Assembly: GCA_938091905.1 (NCBI GenBank)
Contig: CALKOM010000030.1
Location: 1 to 27,762, forward strand
Length of the DNA: 27,762 bases
DNA from: an uncultured Verrucomicrobiales bacterium
GTDB taxonomy: Bacteria > Verrucomicrobiota > Verrucomicrobiia > Verrucomicrobiales > DEV007
Reading direction: 5' to 3'
Positions within the stretch are counted from its first letter, which is position 1; the number at the start of each line of letters is the position of its first letter. Shown here piece by piece: positions 1 through 8,198 of the stretch. The translations under genes and the position numbers were made by a program. Below the pieces are notes generated by a model that worked only from the letters and a program-made list of their open reading frames with translations, ran no database searches and had not been told where the DNA came from.

Positions 1-623
1 ACTTTTCCGGCGTGGAAAGCGAAGGCCGCACCGATGCCGAGATAGACGGCGGGAGGAAGACGATGCTTTTGCTCGGCAAGCCAAGTTTCTTGTTTTGGAC
101 AACCAAAGCAGGTCCACACAACATCGGGTTTGGCTTTGGCCAACTCGGCCAGGGTTTCTTCGTGATGCTGTTCGGTCCAATCACCAAATGGCGGGGAATA
201 GTCACTGACAATCTCGGCATTTGGGAAACGCTTGTGGAGATTCTCGCGAAGGGCGATGCGGATCTCTTCACTGCTCCCAAGGAGGAAATGGCGCAACTGG
301 CCGGACGTCTGATTGTTGCTCCATTGGAAAGCCCTTTCCATCAGGGTTGGACCGTAGACTCGATCTTGAAGATTTGCTCTGTGTTTCCGGTTAAGAACCC
401 AAACGAGGGGCATGCCGTCAGGAACGACAAGGTCGAAAGAATCAATGACCTTTCGGTAGCCGGAGTCGTGTCGAGCCAGGGATAAAACATGGGTATTTGC
501 GGCAGCAATAAGATACGGCCGGTCATGAATTCGAGCCCAGCCGACGATTTGATTGATTGTTTCGTCGTATGTAGTGACGGCAATCTGCGTGCCAATGATG
601 TCCCGGGTTGGGATCCTTGACAC
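1..623 (-). CDS. WecB/TagA/CpsF family glycosyltransferase (GT26), 3' end truncated by window edge
   Basis: Absent from the ORF track because it has no stop in the window. Manual translation from GTG at 623 (overlapping the upstream TAG, TAGTG) gives VSRIPTRDIIGTQIAVTTYDE...AANTHVL...FDLVVPDGMPLVW...DRVYGPTLM...HFLLGSS...YSPPFG...PDVVWTCFGCPKQETW...YLGIGAAFAFHAGK. These are the PDG, RVxGxxL, GxPKQE and GxGAAFxF motifs of this family. Confidence 0.93.
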   Translation of the reverse strand, partial: MSRIPTRDIIGTQIAVTTYDETINQIVGWARIHDRPYLIAAANTHVLSLARHDSGYRKVIDSFDLVVPDGMPLVWVLNRKHRANLQDRVYGPTLMERAFQWSNNQTSGQLRHFLLGSSEEIRIALRENLHKRFPNAEIVSDYSPPFGDWTEQHHEETLAELAKAKPDVVWTCFGCPKQETWLAEQKHRLPPAVYLGIGAAFAFHAGK

Positions 624-1342
624 TAAGTTTTGATCAGGAGCCATTTGTCAGCTTCGAAGGCTACGTTGATGCGCCGTTCTCCAGCAAAACGGTTTACGGC
701 AAGTCGCACACCATCCCAGGTGTAGTCATCACCAAAGATGGTGCCACCTGTTCTCAATAGTGGCCAGTAATCGAGAAGGTCTTGGTAAACGTCTTCTTCT
801 TCGTGGCTTCCATCGACATAGATGAGGTCCCCTTGGATTCCATGTGTCCGGAGAAAGAGGGCGGCCGTTGCTGAGGTTTGCGGAAAGGGAACAATACAAC
901 GCTGGTGACCGGCGTGACAGACGTTGGCCAAAAATTGGTAGTAGACGCTAGGATATCCGTTCCTAAGTTTGAGACTTTGATATCGTTCAGGATCTTGGTG
1001 GTTTTGCCAGAATTCAAGTGCTCCCAACCATGTGTCGATACAAAGGATGGTGGCGGACTTGTCGTGTTCCGCTAGTGCACTGGCCATGGTGATGGCCGAA
1101 CCACCTTTCCACGTTCCAACTTCAATGATCAGGTTGAGAGGCGACGATTCACTGATCAGCTTCTCAAAAGCATGGGAATTGCTACCCCATCCTGACGGGT
1201 CGTTAGGATAAGCGGCAGCGTCGAAACCCTCGTAAGGATCAACAGCGTGGATTAGCGAAGATAGTGACTGCTCTGCCCCATCGACGCGATCCGGCTTCGC
1301 ATGCTGCTTGGCCGGTTTGAGCCGCTTGATCGAGTAGCCCAT
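623..1342 (-). CDS. Class I SAM-dependent methyltransferase (Methyltransf_24-like), probable polysaccharide O-methyltransferase
   Basis: IIEVGTWKGGS motif I, CIDTW, DLIYVDGSH, LRTGGTIFGDDY. Lies within the polysaccharide operon. The start may be further upstream (see findings). Confidence 0.88.
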   Translation of the reverse strand: MGYSIKRLKPAKQHAKPDRVDGAEQSLSSLIHAVDPYEGFDAAAYPNDPSGWGSNSHAFEKLISESSPLNLIIEVGTWKGGSAITMASALAEHDKSATILCIDTWLGALEFWQNHQDPERYQSLKLRNGYPSVYYQFLANVCHAGHQRCIVPFPQTSATAALFLRTHGIQGDLIYVDGSHEEEDVYQDLLDYWPLLRTGGTIFGDDYTWDGVRLAVNRFAGERRINVAFEADKWLLIKT

Positions 1343-1402
1343 CCGGTAAAGGATGGCTTTGAGAAAGGACTGGAATCCGAACGCGATAATTAATGAATAG
1401 CG

Positions 1403-2431
1403 TTAGCTAGCTTTCAGCAGGGCTTCAGCCTCTTTGTGGGCCTTTTCTAGCTCTGCTAGTTTTAGGTCGGCATCAACCATGATCTTGACCAGTTCTTTGA
1501 ATTTTACCTTTGGTTCCCAGCCGAGTTGTTTTTTGGCTTTGGCGGGGTCACCAATGAGAAGGTCGACTTCGGCTGGGCGTTCGTAGCGCTTGTCGTATTC
1601 AACGTATTTTTCCCAATCGAGGTCAAGATGGGCGAAAGTTTCTTGGACGAACTCCTTTACGGTGTGGGTCTCGTTGGTAGCGATGACGTAGTCATCAGGG
1701 GTGTCCTGCTGGAGCATCAACCACATCATTTCGGCATACTCTTTCGCGTAGCCCCAGTCGCGTTTTGCTTCCAGGTTCCCCAGGTAGAGTTTGTCTTGGA
1801 TTCCGGCTTTGATGCGGGTGGCGGCACGGGTGATCTTTCGAGTGACGAATGTTTCGCCTCGGCGAGGGGACTCATGATTGAAGAGAATGCCGCTGCTGCC
1901 GTGGAGTCCGAATGATTCCCGGTAGTTGATCGTGAGCCAGTGTCCGTACACTTTGGCGCAAGCGTAAGGTGAGCGGGGCCAGAAAGGGGTGGTTTCCACC
2001 TGGGGTACTTCTTGCACTTTCCCAAACATTTCCGAGGAGGAGGCTTGGTAGTAGCGAACTTTTTGAATGAGACCTGTTTCCCGAATGGATTCTAGGAGAC
2101 GTTGGGTACCTAGACCAGTGACGTCGCCTGTGTATTCCGGAATATCAAAGGAGACGCGAACGTGGCTCTGAGCCCCTAGGTTATAAACCTCGTCAGGCTC
2201 GATTTCTCGGAGGAGCTTGGAGAGGGCACCGGTGTCGGTTAGGTCTCCGTAATGGAGAAAGAGTTTGGTGTCATCATAGTGGGCATCTGAGTAGATGTGC
2301 TCGATCCGTTGGGTGTTGAAGGAGGAGGAGCGTCGGATGATGCCGTGAACTTCGTAACCTTTTTCGATAAGGAGTTCTGCTAGATAGGAGCCGTCTTGCC
2401 CCGTGATACCGGTAATGAGTGCTTTCTTCAT
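1403..2431 (-). CDS. gmd: GDP-mannose 4,6-dehydratase
   Basis: [77 protein letters not shown]. Confidence 0.98.
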   Translation of the reverse strand: MKKALITGITGQDGSYLAELLIEKGYEVHGIIRRSSSFNTQRIEHIYSDAHYDDTKLFLHYGDLTDTGALSKLLREIEPDEVYNLGAQSHVRVSFDIPEYTGDVTGLGTQRLLESIRETGLIQKVRYYQASSSEMFGKVQEVPQVETTPFWPRSPYACAKVYGHWLTINYRESFGLHGSSGILFNHESPRRGETFVTRKITRAATRIKAGIQDKLYLGNLEAKRDWGYAKEYAEMMWLMLQQDTPDDYVIATNETHTVKEFVQETFAHLDLDWEKYVEYDKRYERPAEVDLLIGDPAKAKKQLGWEPKVKFKELVKIMVDADLKLAELEKAHKEAEALLKAS

Positions 2432-2449
2432 TTTCTGATGAGGCTTTTC

Positions 2450-3397
2450 TTAGACAGTTTGTCCTTCGCTGGCTTCGAGGAAGCTATTGTAGGTGGTCTT
2501 GAGGCCGTCCTGCAGGGAAATGGCAGGGTTCCAGCCAGAGTCTTGTATCCTTGTGGAGTCGAGGAGTTTACGTGGAGTGCCGTCTGGCTTGGAAGTGTCG
2601 AACGTGAGTTTTCCTTCGTAGCCCACGGCTTCTTTTACAGCTTGAGCCAGATCGCCGATGCTTTGATCAATCCCAGAGCCAATATTGATCCAGTCTGGCG
2701 GGTCCGCTAGACTGAGAACGTGGAGGCAGGCGGCAGCAAGGTCCTCCACGTGGAGGAATTCTCTGAGGACTTTTCCAGTACCCCAGACTTCGACTTCGGG
2801 TGCGCCGTTTTCCTTTGCCTCGTGGAACCGACGGATGAGGCCGGGGATGACGTGGGAGTTTTCAGGATGATAGTTGTCACCAGGGCCGTAGAGGTTGGTG
2901 GGCATGGCGGAGTGATAGAGAACTCCGTATTGCTCGCGATAGGCTTGGCAAAGTTTCAGGCCGGCTATTTTGGCAACAGCGTAAGGTTCATTCGTTTGCT
3001 CTAGCGGACCACTTAAGAGGCTATCCTCTGGAATCGGTTGAGGAGCTTCTCTTGGGTAGATGCATGAACTGCCGAGGAAGAGGAGCCTTTTGACGCCTGC
3101 TTTGTGGGCTGCGTGGATGGTATGTGCAGCGATGGCGAGGTTGTCGTAAAGAAAGTCAGCTGGGTAGGTGCTGTTGGCGTAAATACCTCCGACCTTTGCG
3201 GCAGCGATAATGATGATGTCAGGGCAAGCTTCGCCAATGTAGGATTCGACGGCGGCCTGATTGCAGAGGTCGAGTTCGGCACGCGTCGGAGAGAGGATCG
3301 ATTGGTTTCCAGCTTTCCTTAGGGCACGCGTGAGCGCACGTCCGACCATGCCTCGACCTCCGGTGAGAAGGATGTTTGCGTTTTCTAAGCCAGACAT
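2450..3397 (-). CDS. fcl: GDP-L-fucose synthase (epimerase/reductase)
   Basis: [75 protein letters not shown] 3397 preferred over TTG 3403. Confidence 0.97.
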   Translation of the reverse strand: MSGLENANILLTGGRGMVGRALTRALRKAGNQSILSPTRAELDLCNQAAVESYIGEACPDIIIIAAAKVGGIYANSTYPADFLYDNLAIAAHTIHAAHKAGVKRLLFLGSSCIYPREAPQPIPEDSLLSGPLEQTNEPYAVAKIAGLKLCQAYREQYGVLYHSAMPTNLYGPGDNYHPENSHVIPGLIRRFHEAKENGAPEVEVWGTGKVLREFLHVEDLAAACLHVLSLADPPDWINIGSGIDQSIGDLAQAVKEAVGYEGKLTFDTSKPDGTPRKLLDSTRIQDSGWNPAISLQDGLKTTYNSFLEASEGQTV

Positions 3398-3405
3398 TGT
3401 CAATG

Positions 3406-3825
3406 TTAGCCAGCGAGTTCGACAGGGCGCTCGAATCGGACTTTATCGGCTTCGCCAACGTAAGGGCCTTGTTTGACTTCAATCATTTCGAGGTCCGCCA
3501 TGGCCTGGAATCCGTGACCACCAGCAATGAGGAGTATGACATCTCCTTCGTTTAAGGTGCGGCTTTCTAGGTATTCTTTTTCCTGTGTGTAGAAGTCAAC
3601 ACGTAGGCTACCTTTCCGGATAATCAGGACTTCCTGAGTATCTGTGATGTGGCGATCCACGGGGTTGTGGACATGAGGAACGATTTCTTTGCCTTTAGGG
3701 TGCCGCATGAATGCGATCTGTTGGGAAGCATCATCCTGGGTACAGAAATGAATACCAGGCTCGTTAAAGGTGGCGGGGATGATGATGGCAAGGAGTCGCT
3801 CACCGTGATGGATCTTCTCGATCAT
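3406..3825 (-). CDS. Cupin-fold protein of polysaccharide loci (WbuC-like / sugar-nucleotide isomerase-like)
   Basis: PHVHN...TQEVL and GGHGF metal-binding cupin motifs, C-terminal EVKQGPY. First gene of the operon. Confidence 0.75.
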   Translation of the reverse strand: MIEKIHHGERLLAIIIPATFNEPGIHFCTQDDASQQIAFMRHPKGKEIVPHVHNPVDRHITDTQEVLIIRKGSLRVDFYTQEKEYLESRTLNEGDVILLIAGGHGFQAMADLEMIEVKQGPYVGEADKVRFERPVELAG

Positions 3826-3898
3826 TTGTGAATTGCTAAGCCAACTGTAGGAATTGTAAAGTCCTGAACAATTGCAGTTTCAGTGCTTCTATTTAGAT

Positions 3899-3942
3899 AC
3901 GCTGCCGCCCTTGGTCGTTTGCCTCAGTGGGAGGAAGACCAA
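3899..3942 (-). promoter_or_regulatory. ops/JUMPstart-like element preceded by an RNA hairpin
   Basis: Minus strand reads TTGGTC-TT-CCTC-CCACT-GAGG-CAAAC-GACCAA-GGGCGGCAGCGT. This differs from ops GGCGGTAGCGT at one base. It lies 73 nt upstream of the first operon ATG and just downstream of an RfaH-like gene. Confidence 0.6.
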
Positions 3943-4060
3943 TGGGAGGAGCTGGATCAGGTTCTAGGCTAACGATCATATCAATCTGGGCGCTAGCCCC
4001 TACTCGGTGAGTCGAGGTTGCTATGTTGAGGTGGAACGGGCTATTTGAAAGAATGGATCA

Positions 4061-4090
4061 CACTTCGTTCAAACTTGAATGAACAAAGTG
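4061..4090. promoter_or_regulatory. Inverted repeat, candidate operator (core GTTCA-N8-TGAAC at 4067-4084); could also act as a hairpin after the rfaH-like gene
   Basis: CACTTCGTTCA-aacttgaa-TGAACAAAGTG has 11-bp arms with one mismatch. The same core occurs at 5239-5256. Confidence 0.55.
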
Positions 4091-4098
4091 AATTTTAG

Positions 4099-4644
4099 CT
4101 AAAGGTAATTCACAGCGACGAGGTCTTTGGTGCCAACATCAACGGGGCGGAGTTGCCCAAGAACTTCCATGAGCACTCGGACACGGTCTTTGGCTGGTAG
4201 GAATTGGTGAACGATGGTTTTGAGCCCTCGAAATGGCCCTTCAGCGATTTCTACTTCGTCGCCTGCTTTCAATACAGGCTCAAGGGTTTTGACTTCTTCG
4301 TTGCCCATTTCAGCACGGAGAAAGTCGATGAACTCAGGCGAAATAGAGGGGTGATGCTCTCCAAAGTGAACGATGGTGGAGACTCCGTTGGCGTAGGTAA
4401 CGGCGCGACTTTGCTTCTCGAAGTCGAATCGGGCGAAGATATAGCAGGGGAACATGGCCTGATGAAAGAGCACTTTGCCTCGCTGGGTCGCTTTGTGGTA
4501 GCGAATCCGAGGGCAAAACGTCTCGACGTTCTCAAGCTGACGCACATGAGCCGCTGCAATGTGTTCGCATTTTACCTTCGTGCGGAGGGTGAACCAGGCA
4601 CTACCGTCTGGAAAATGGTTGGGGGGGAGCTCGGGCGGAATCAC
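4099..4644 (-). CDS. Transcription antitermination factor, NusG paralogue (RfaH/UpxY-like)
   Basis: NGN domain WFTLRTK...MFPCYIFARF...GVSTIVHFG and KOW domain GDEVEIAEGPFRG...RVRVLMEVLG. The ORF-track start at 4842 overlaps the upstream gene, so GTG 4644 is preferred. Confidence 0.92.
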   Translation of the reverse strand: MIPPELPPNHFPDGSAWFTLRTKVKCEHIAAAHVRQLENVETFCPRIRYHKATQRGKVLFHQAMFPCYIFARFDFEKQSRAVTYANGVSTIVHFGEHHPSISPEFIDFLRAEMGNEEVKTLEPVLKAGDEVEIAEGPFRGLKTIVHQFLPAKDRVRVLMEVLGQLRPVDVGTKDLVAVNYL

Positions 4645-4684
4645 GGTAACGAGAGACGAGCGGGTGGGGTTAGGTGGTGCGACA

Positions 4685-5203
4685 TTAGGTGAGGAATTTG
4701 CGAATAATCGGAAGAAGCAACTCGGTACGCTTGTGCCAGGTACCAAGTTTACCCACGCGATCTTTGAAAAACTGAGCGTCCGGTTCGGAAGCGTCCGGCA
4801 GATGGCTTTGGATAGATTCGAGCCGCTCCGTGCCGCTATCAAGATGGGGGGAGAGTTCTTCTCGTATAAAGCCGCCTACAAGCTTCTTCAGCTCGGTCTC
4901 AGCAACGAAGTAGTCGCGGCGTGCGCCCGCGACATACACGGCTCGAACAGCCCCCAAAGAGCGCAGAATTTTGAGACCCTGGCTGGTGGATCCCTTGCTG
5001 ATTTGGAGCCGGGAAAGAATCTCGTCAAAGGAGAGAGGCTCCGGTGAAATGTAGAGAAGGCCGTAGATTTCTCCTATCGACTTTGGCAAACCGAGCACAC
5101 GCACCCCATTCACGAAGAGGTCTATAACGCCTGTCTCTAAGGCAGTCAGACTGCTTTCGGAGGCATCGCTCTCTAGAATTAATTGGGTTTGTGGCATCTC
5201 CAT
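4685..5203 (-). CDS. GbsR/MarR-family winged-helix transcriptional regulator
   Basis: GLPKSIGEIYGLLYISPEPLSFDEILSRLQISKGSTSQGLKIL...GARRDYFVAE pattern typical of GbsR-like proteins. Confidence 0.88.
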   Translation of the reverse strand: MEMPQTQLILESDASESSLTALETGVIDLFVNGVRVLGLPKSIGEIYGLLYISPEPLSFDEILSRLQISKGSTSQGLKILRSLGAVRAVYVAGARRDYFVAETELKKLVGGFIREELSPHLDSGTERLESIQSHLPDASEPDAQFFKDRVGKLGTWHKRTELLLPIIRKFLT

Positions 5204-5238
5204 TGAATTCTAATTCCTCTAACCTTTCAGGGGGGTGA

Positions 5239-5256
5239 GTTCAAGAAATATTGAAC
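5239..5256. promoter_or_regulatory. Palindrome GTTCAA-gaaata-TTGAAC, candidate autoregulatory operator of the GbsR-like regulator
   Basis: Perfect 6-bp arms, 35 nt upstream of the regulator ATG in the divergent intergenic region. Same arms and spacing as 4067-4084. Confidence 0.6.
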
Positions 5257-5375
5257 AGAATATGCGATTTAGACGCTCTGCATCGTGAAACGTTCAATTG
5301 TCTGGTTCGCTTCCGGAGATCCCTTCACGGGGTTGAACTTGCATGGGCGCGGTTCGTTTGCGAATAGGGGGCCAC

Positions 5376-6692
5376 ATGGTGGATTCCGACTTTCAGCATA
5401 CATTGGCCAAATCGAGTTCCTTGGCAGGGACCTCCCTGCACACGGGCGAGAAGGTTACGCTCACCCTCAAGCCAGCTCCCGCTAACCACGGACTGAAGTT
5501 TCGACGGATCGATCTCAAGGACGAACCATTTATTGATGCGCACGTTTCAAAGGTTCAGAAAGTGGAGCGGGCCACGACTCTAGCTGAGGGTAGTGTGAAG
5601 GTGCATACGGTTGAGCATGTCATCTCGGCCCTCACGGGTATGGGCGTCGACAATGCAGTCATCGAGATGGATGCAAACGAACCGCCTATCGGCGACGGTA
5701 GCTCCGCTCCATTTGTCGAGTGCATCAAGCAAGCTGGTCTAGAGAAGCAAGAGTCGCTGCGAAACGTGTATGAGATCCGCGAGCCCATTCATAAAGAGTT
5801 TCCTAACGGATCCATTCTAACGATCGTACCTGATAAGAAGTTTCGGGTTTCTTGCACGCATGCTGGTCCAAACGGTCGGATGACGCAGTACCTGAGCATG
5901 GACATCACGCCGGATACCTATGAGAATGAGATCGCGGCAGCGCGAACGTTCGTGTTTTATGAAGATGTGAAGCCGCTCATGGAGAAGGGTCTGATCAAAG
6001 GTGGGAGTCTGGAGAATGCGGTTGTCATTCGCGATGACACCACCTTGAGCAAAGAGCCCCTACGCTTCGAAAATGAGTTCGTTAGACACAAGATTCTCGA
6101 TATTATCGGTGACCTCGCTTTGTGCGGAAAACGCTTCATGGGCCATGTGATTGCGGTCATGCCTGGACACGCTTCCAATACGGAAATGGCGAAATTACTA
6201 AGCGCGCACTTCGCAAAGCAGGCCTCCATGGTGAAACCCGTATCGATTCCCACCGGCAAAGCTGTGCTCGATGTGAACGAGGTGATGCAGATCCTCCCGC
6301 ATCGCTTTCCATTCCTCATGGTGGATCGAATTGTCGACTTCGAAGGTGACAACAAGTGCACCGGTGTGAAGGGCGTGACCATTAATGAGCCCTATTTTGT
6401 GGGCCACTTCCCGGGTCACCCAGTGATGCCAGGCGTTCTGCAAGTGGAAGGAATGGCCCAAGTGGCGAGCATCCTGATGCTTCGCAAGAGCGAGAACCAA
6501 GGGAAGATTGGTTATTTCATGAGCGCGGATAAGGTGAAATTCCGCAAACCTGTCTTCCCAGGCGATAGTCTGTTCATCGAGGCTGAGATCGTGAAAATTC
6601 GCCGAAACATCGGCATTGCGACCGCACGCTGTCTTGTGAATGGCGAAGTTGTTTCTGAGGCTGATCTGAAGTTCAGCCTCTTCGCTCCCTAA
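5376..6692 (+). CDS. lpxC-fabZ: Bifunctional UDP-3-O-acyl-GlcNAc deacetylase / 3-hydroxyacyl-ACP dehydratase
   Basis: LpxC motifs TVEHVISAL, EPPIGDGS, ARTF, HKILDIIGDL. FabZ motifs LPHRFPFLMVD, GHFPGHPVMPGVLQVE. ATG 5376 follows an AGGGGG SD-like run. Confidence 0.97.
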   Translation: MVDSDFQHTLAKSSSLAGTSLHTGEKVTLTLKPAPANHGLKFRRIDLKDEPFIDAHVSKVQKVERATTLAEGSVKVHTVEHVISALTGMGVDNAVIEMDANEPPIGDGSSAPFVECIKQAGLEKQESLRNVYEIREPIHKEFPNGSILTIVPDKKFRVSCTHAGPNGRMTQYLSMDITPDTYENEIAAARTFVFYEDVKPLMEKGLIKGGSLENAVVIRDDTTLSKEPLRFENEFVRHKILDIIGDLALCGKRFMGHVIAVMPGHASNTEMAKLLSAHFAKQASMVKPVSIPTGKAVLDVNEVMQILPHRFPFLMVDRIVDFEGDNKCTGVKGVTINEPYFVGHFPGHPVMPGVLQVEGMAQVASILMLRKSENQGKIGYFMSADKVKFRKPVFPGDSLFIEAEIVKIRRNIGIATARCLVNGEVVSEADLKFSLFAP

Positions 6693-6712
6693 CCACAGTA
6701 TAGCATTCCTTC

Positions 6713-7489
6713 GTGACTCAGGAAATCCACCAAACCGCTGTGATCGACCCCCGGGCCATGCTCGGCGAGGACGTCATGATTGGTCCGTATTGTGTCATTG
6801 AAGGGCCAGTTCAGTTAGGGGATCGATGCCATCTCAAAAGCCACGTCGTCGTTTCAGGACCGACCGCGGTCGGCTCTGACAATGTCTTTTATTCATTCGC
6901 CGCAGTGGGCGAGCAAACTCAGGATCTGAAATATACTGGTGAACCAACCCATTTGGAGATCGGTAGCCACAATGTCTTTCGCGAGAACGTCACGATTCAC
7001 CGAAGCACTGCTAGAGACGGAAAGACGGTCCTCGGCAGCCATGGAAACTACCTCGCTTATAGCCATGTTGCTCACGACTGTGTCGTAGGAGATCATGTCA
7101 TCTTTTCTAACAATGGCACACTTGCGGGCCACGTGGTGGTGGAAGACCACGTTGTCATCGGTGGGCTAACCGCAGTGCATCAATTCTGCCGCATTGGTCA
7201 ACATGCGATCACCGGTGGCTGCAGCAAGATTGTCCAAGATGTGCCGCCTTTCATGATTGCCGATGGGAATCCTGCCGAGGTTCGCGGCATCAATAAGATT
7301 GGTTTGGAAAGGCGAGGCTTCGAGGACACCAACATCCGCGCCCTGCGAGAGGCTTACAAACTGCTCTATCGCGAGAAGCTCAACGTCCAGCAGGCCCTTG
7401 AAGCCATGGATGAACGGTTTGCGGATGATCCGGTCGTCCAACAACTGAAAAGTTTCGTAGAGTCTAGTGACCGCGGTATCATTCGCTAA
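6713..7489 (+). CDS. lpxA: Acyl-ACP--UDP-N-acetylglucosamine O-acyltransferase
   Basis: Hexapeptide repeats, QDLKY, RENVTIHR, SHVAHDC, LAGHV, VHQFCRIG, DVPPF, C-terminal RGIIR. Confidence 0.97.
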   Translation: MTQEIHQTAVIDPRAMLGEDVMIGPYCVIEGPVQLGDRCHLKSHVVVSGPTAVGSDNVFYSFAAVGEQTQDLKYTGEPTHLEIGSHNVFRENVTIHRSTARDGKTVLGSHGNYLAYSHVAHDCVVGDHVIFSNNGTLAGHVVVEDHVVIGGLTAVHQFCRIGQHAITGGCSKIVQDVPPFMIADGNPAEVRGINKIGLERRGFEDTNIRALREAYKLLYREKLNVQQALEAMDERFADDPVVQQLKSFVESSDRGIIR

Positions 7490-7520
7490 GGTCGTACTCT
7501 CCACCGTCTCTCTTATTTAA

Positions 7521-8198
7521 GTGCAGGATCCAGCATTTGTTAAACGCGCTTTCTCGGACATCGCAGACAGCTATGTTCTTACGAACCACGTCCTTAGCTT
7601 TGGAACAGATATCCTCTGGCGTCGGAAATTCGTGCGCGGCGTCAAAGCAGACGAGCCCATACATGTACTCGATGTGGCGACTGGCAGTGGTGATGTGGCC
7701 AAAGAAATCCTCCGTCAATGTCCTGACATTGACGTTGTCGCTACAGATTTCTGTCAGCCCATGCTCGCCACTGCCCGGAATTCTGGGCTCACTAACCTTG
7801 TTGTCGCCGATGGCATGCAGCTACCCTTCGACAACGCTGCCTTCGACATCGTGACCGTAGCTTTCGGTCTCCGAAACATGGCTTGCTGGAAGGACGCCCT
7901 GAGTGAGTGGCGACGCGTACTCAAGCCTGGTGGCAAGCTTCATGTTCTGGATTTTTCGCAGCCCACTTGGCAGCCCTTCAAGCGAATCTACCTCTTCTAC
8001 TTACACAAAGTGCTGCCAAAGATCGCTGGCTTACTCACGGGTCACGGGTCGGCCTACGACTACTTGTCGAACTCCATCAACCAGTTTCCGCACGGTCGGG
8101 CCATGTGCGCCCTGATCAGCGAGGCCGGTTTTACTGACGTCAGTGCCACCCCCTTAAGTGGCGGGATCGCCGCGATCTACGTTGGCCTAGCCGATTAA
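7521..8198 (+). CDS. ubiE: Ubiquinone/menaquinone biosynthesis C-methyltransferase (UbiE/MenG family)
   Basis: NHVLSFGTDILWR, LDVATGSGD, VAFGLRN, RVLKPGG, AYDYLSNSI. Confidence 0.9.
   Translation: MQDPAFVKRAFSDIADSYVLTNHVLSFGTDILWRRKFVRGVKADEPIHVLDVATGSGDVAKEILRQCPDIDVVATDFCQPMLATARNSGLTNLVVADGMQLPFDNAAFDIVTVAFGLRNMACWKDALSEWRRVLKPGGKLHVLDFSQPTWQPFKRIYLFYLHKVLPKIAGLLTGHGSAYDYLSNSINQFPHGRAMCALISEAGFTDVSATPLSGGIAAIYVGLAD

Noticed and set aside
12..595. ORF-track ORFs 12..485(+) and 341..595(-)
   Set aside because: Shadows of the WecB/TagA/CpsF gene, which lies in another minus-strand frame and has clear family motifs.
5376..6692. lpxC-fabZ fusion as a novelty
   Set aside because: A known fusion in Bacteroidota and other lineages, so not unusual.
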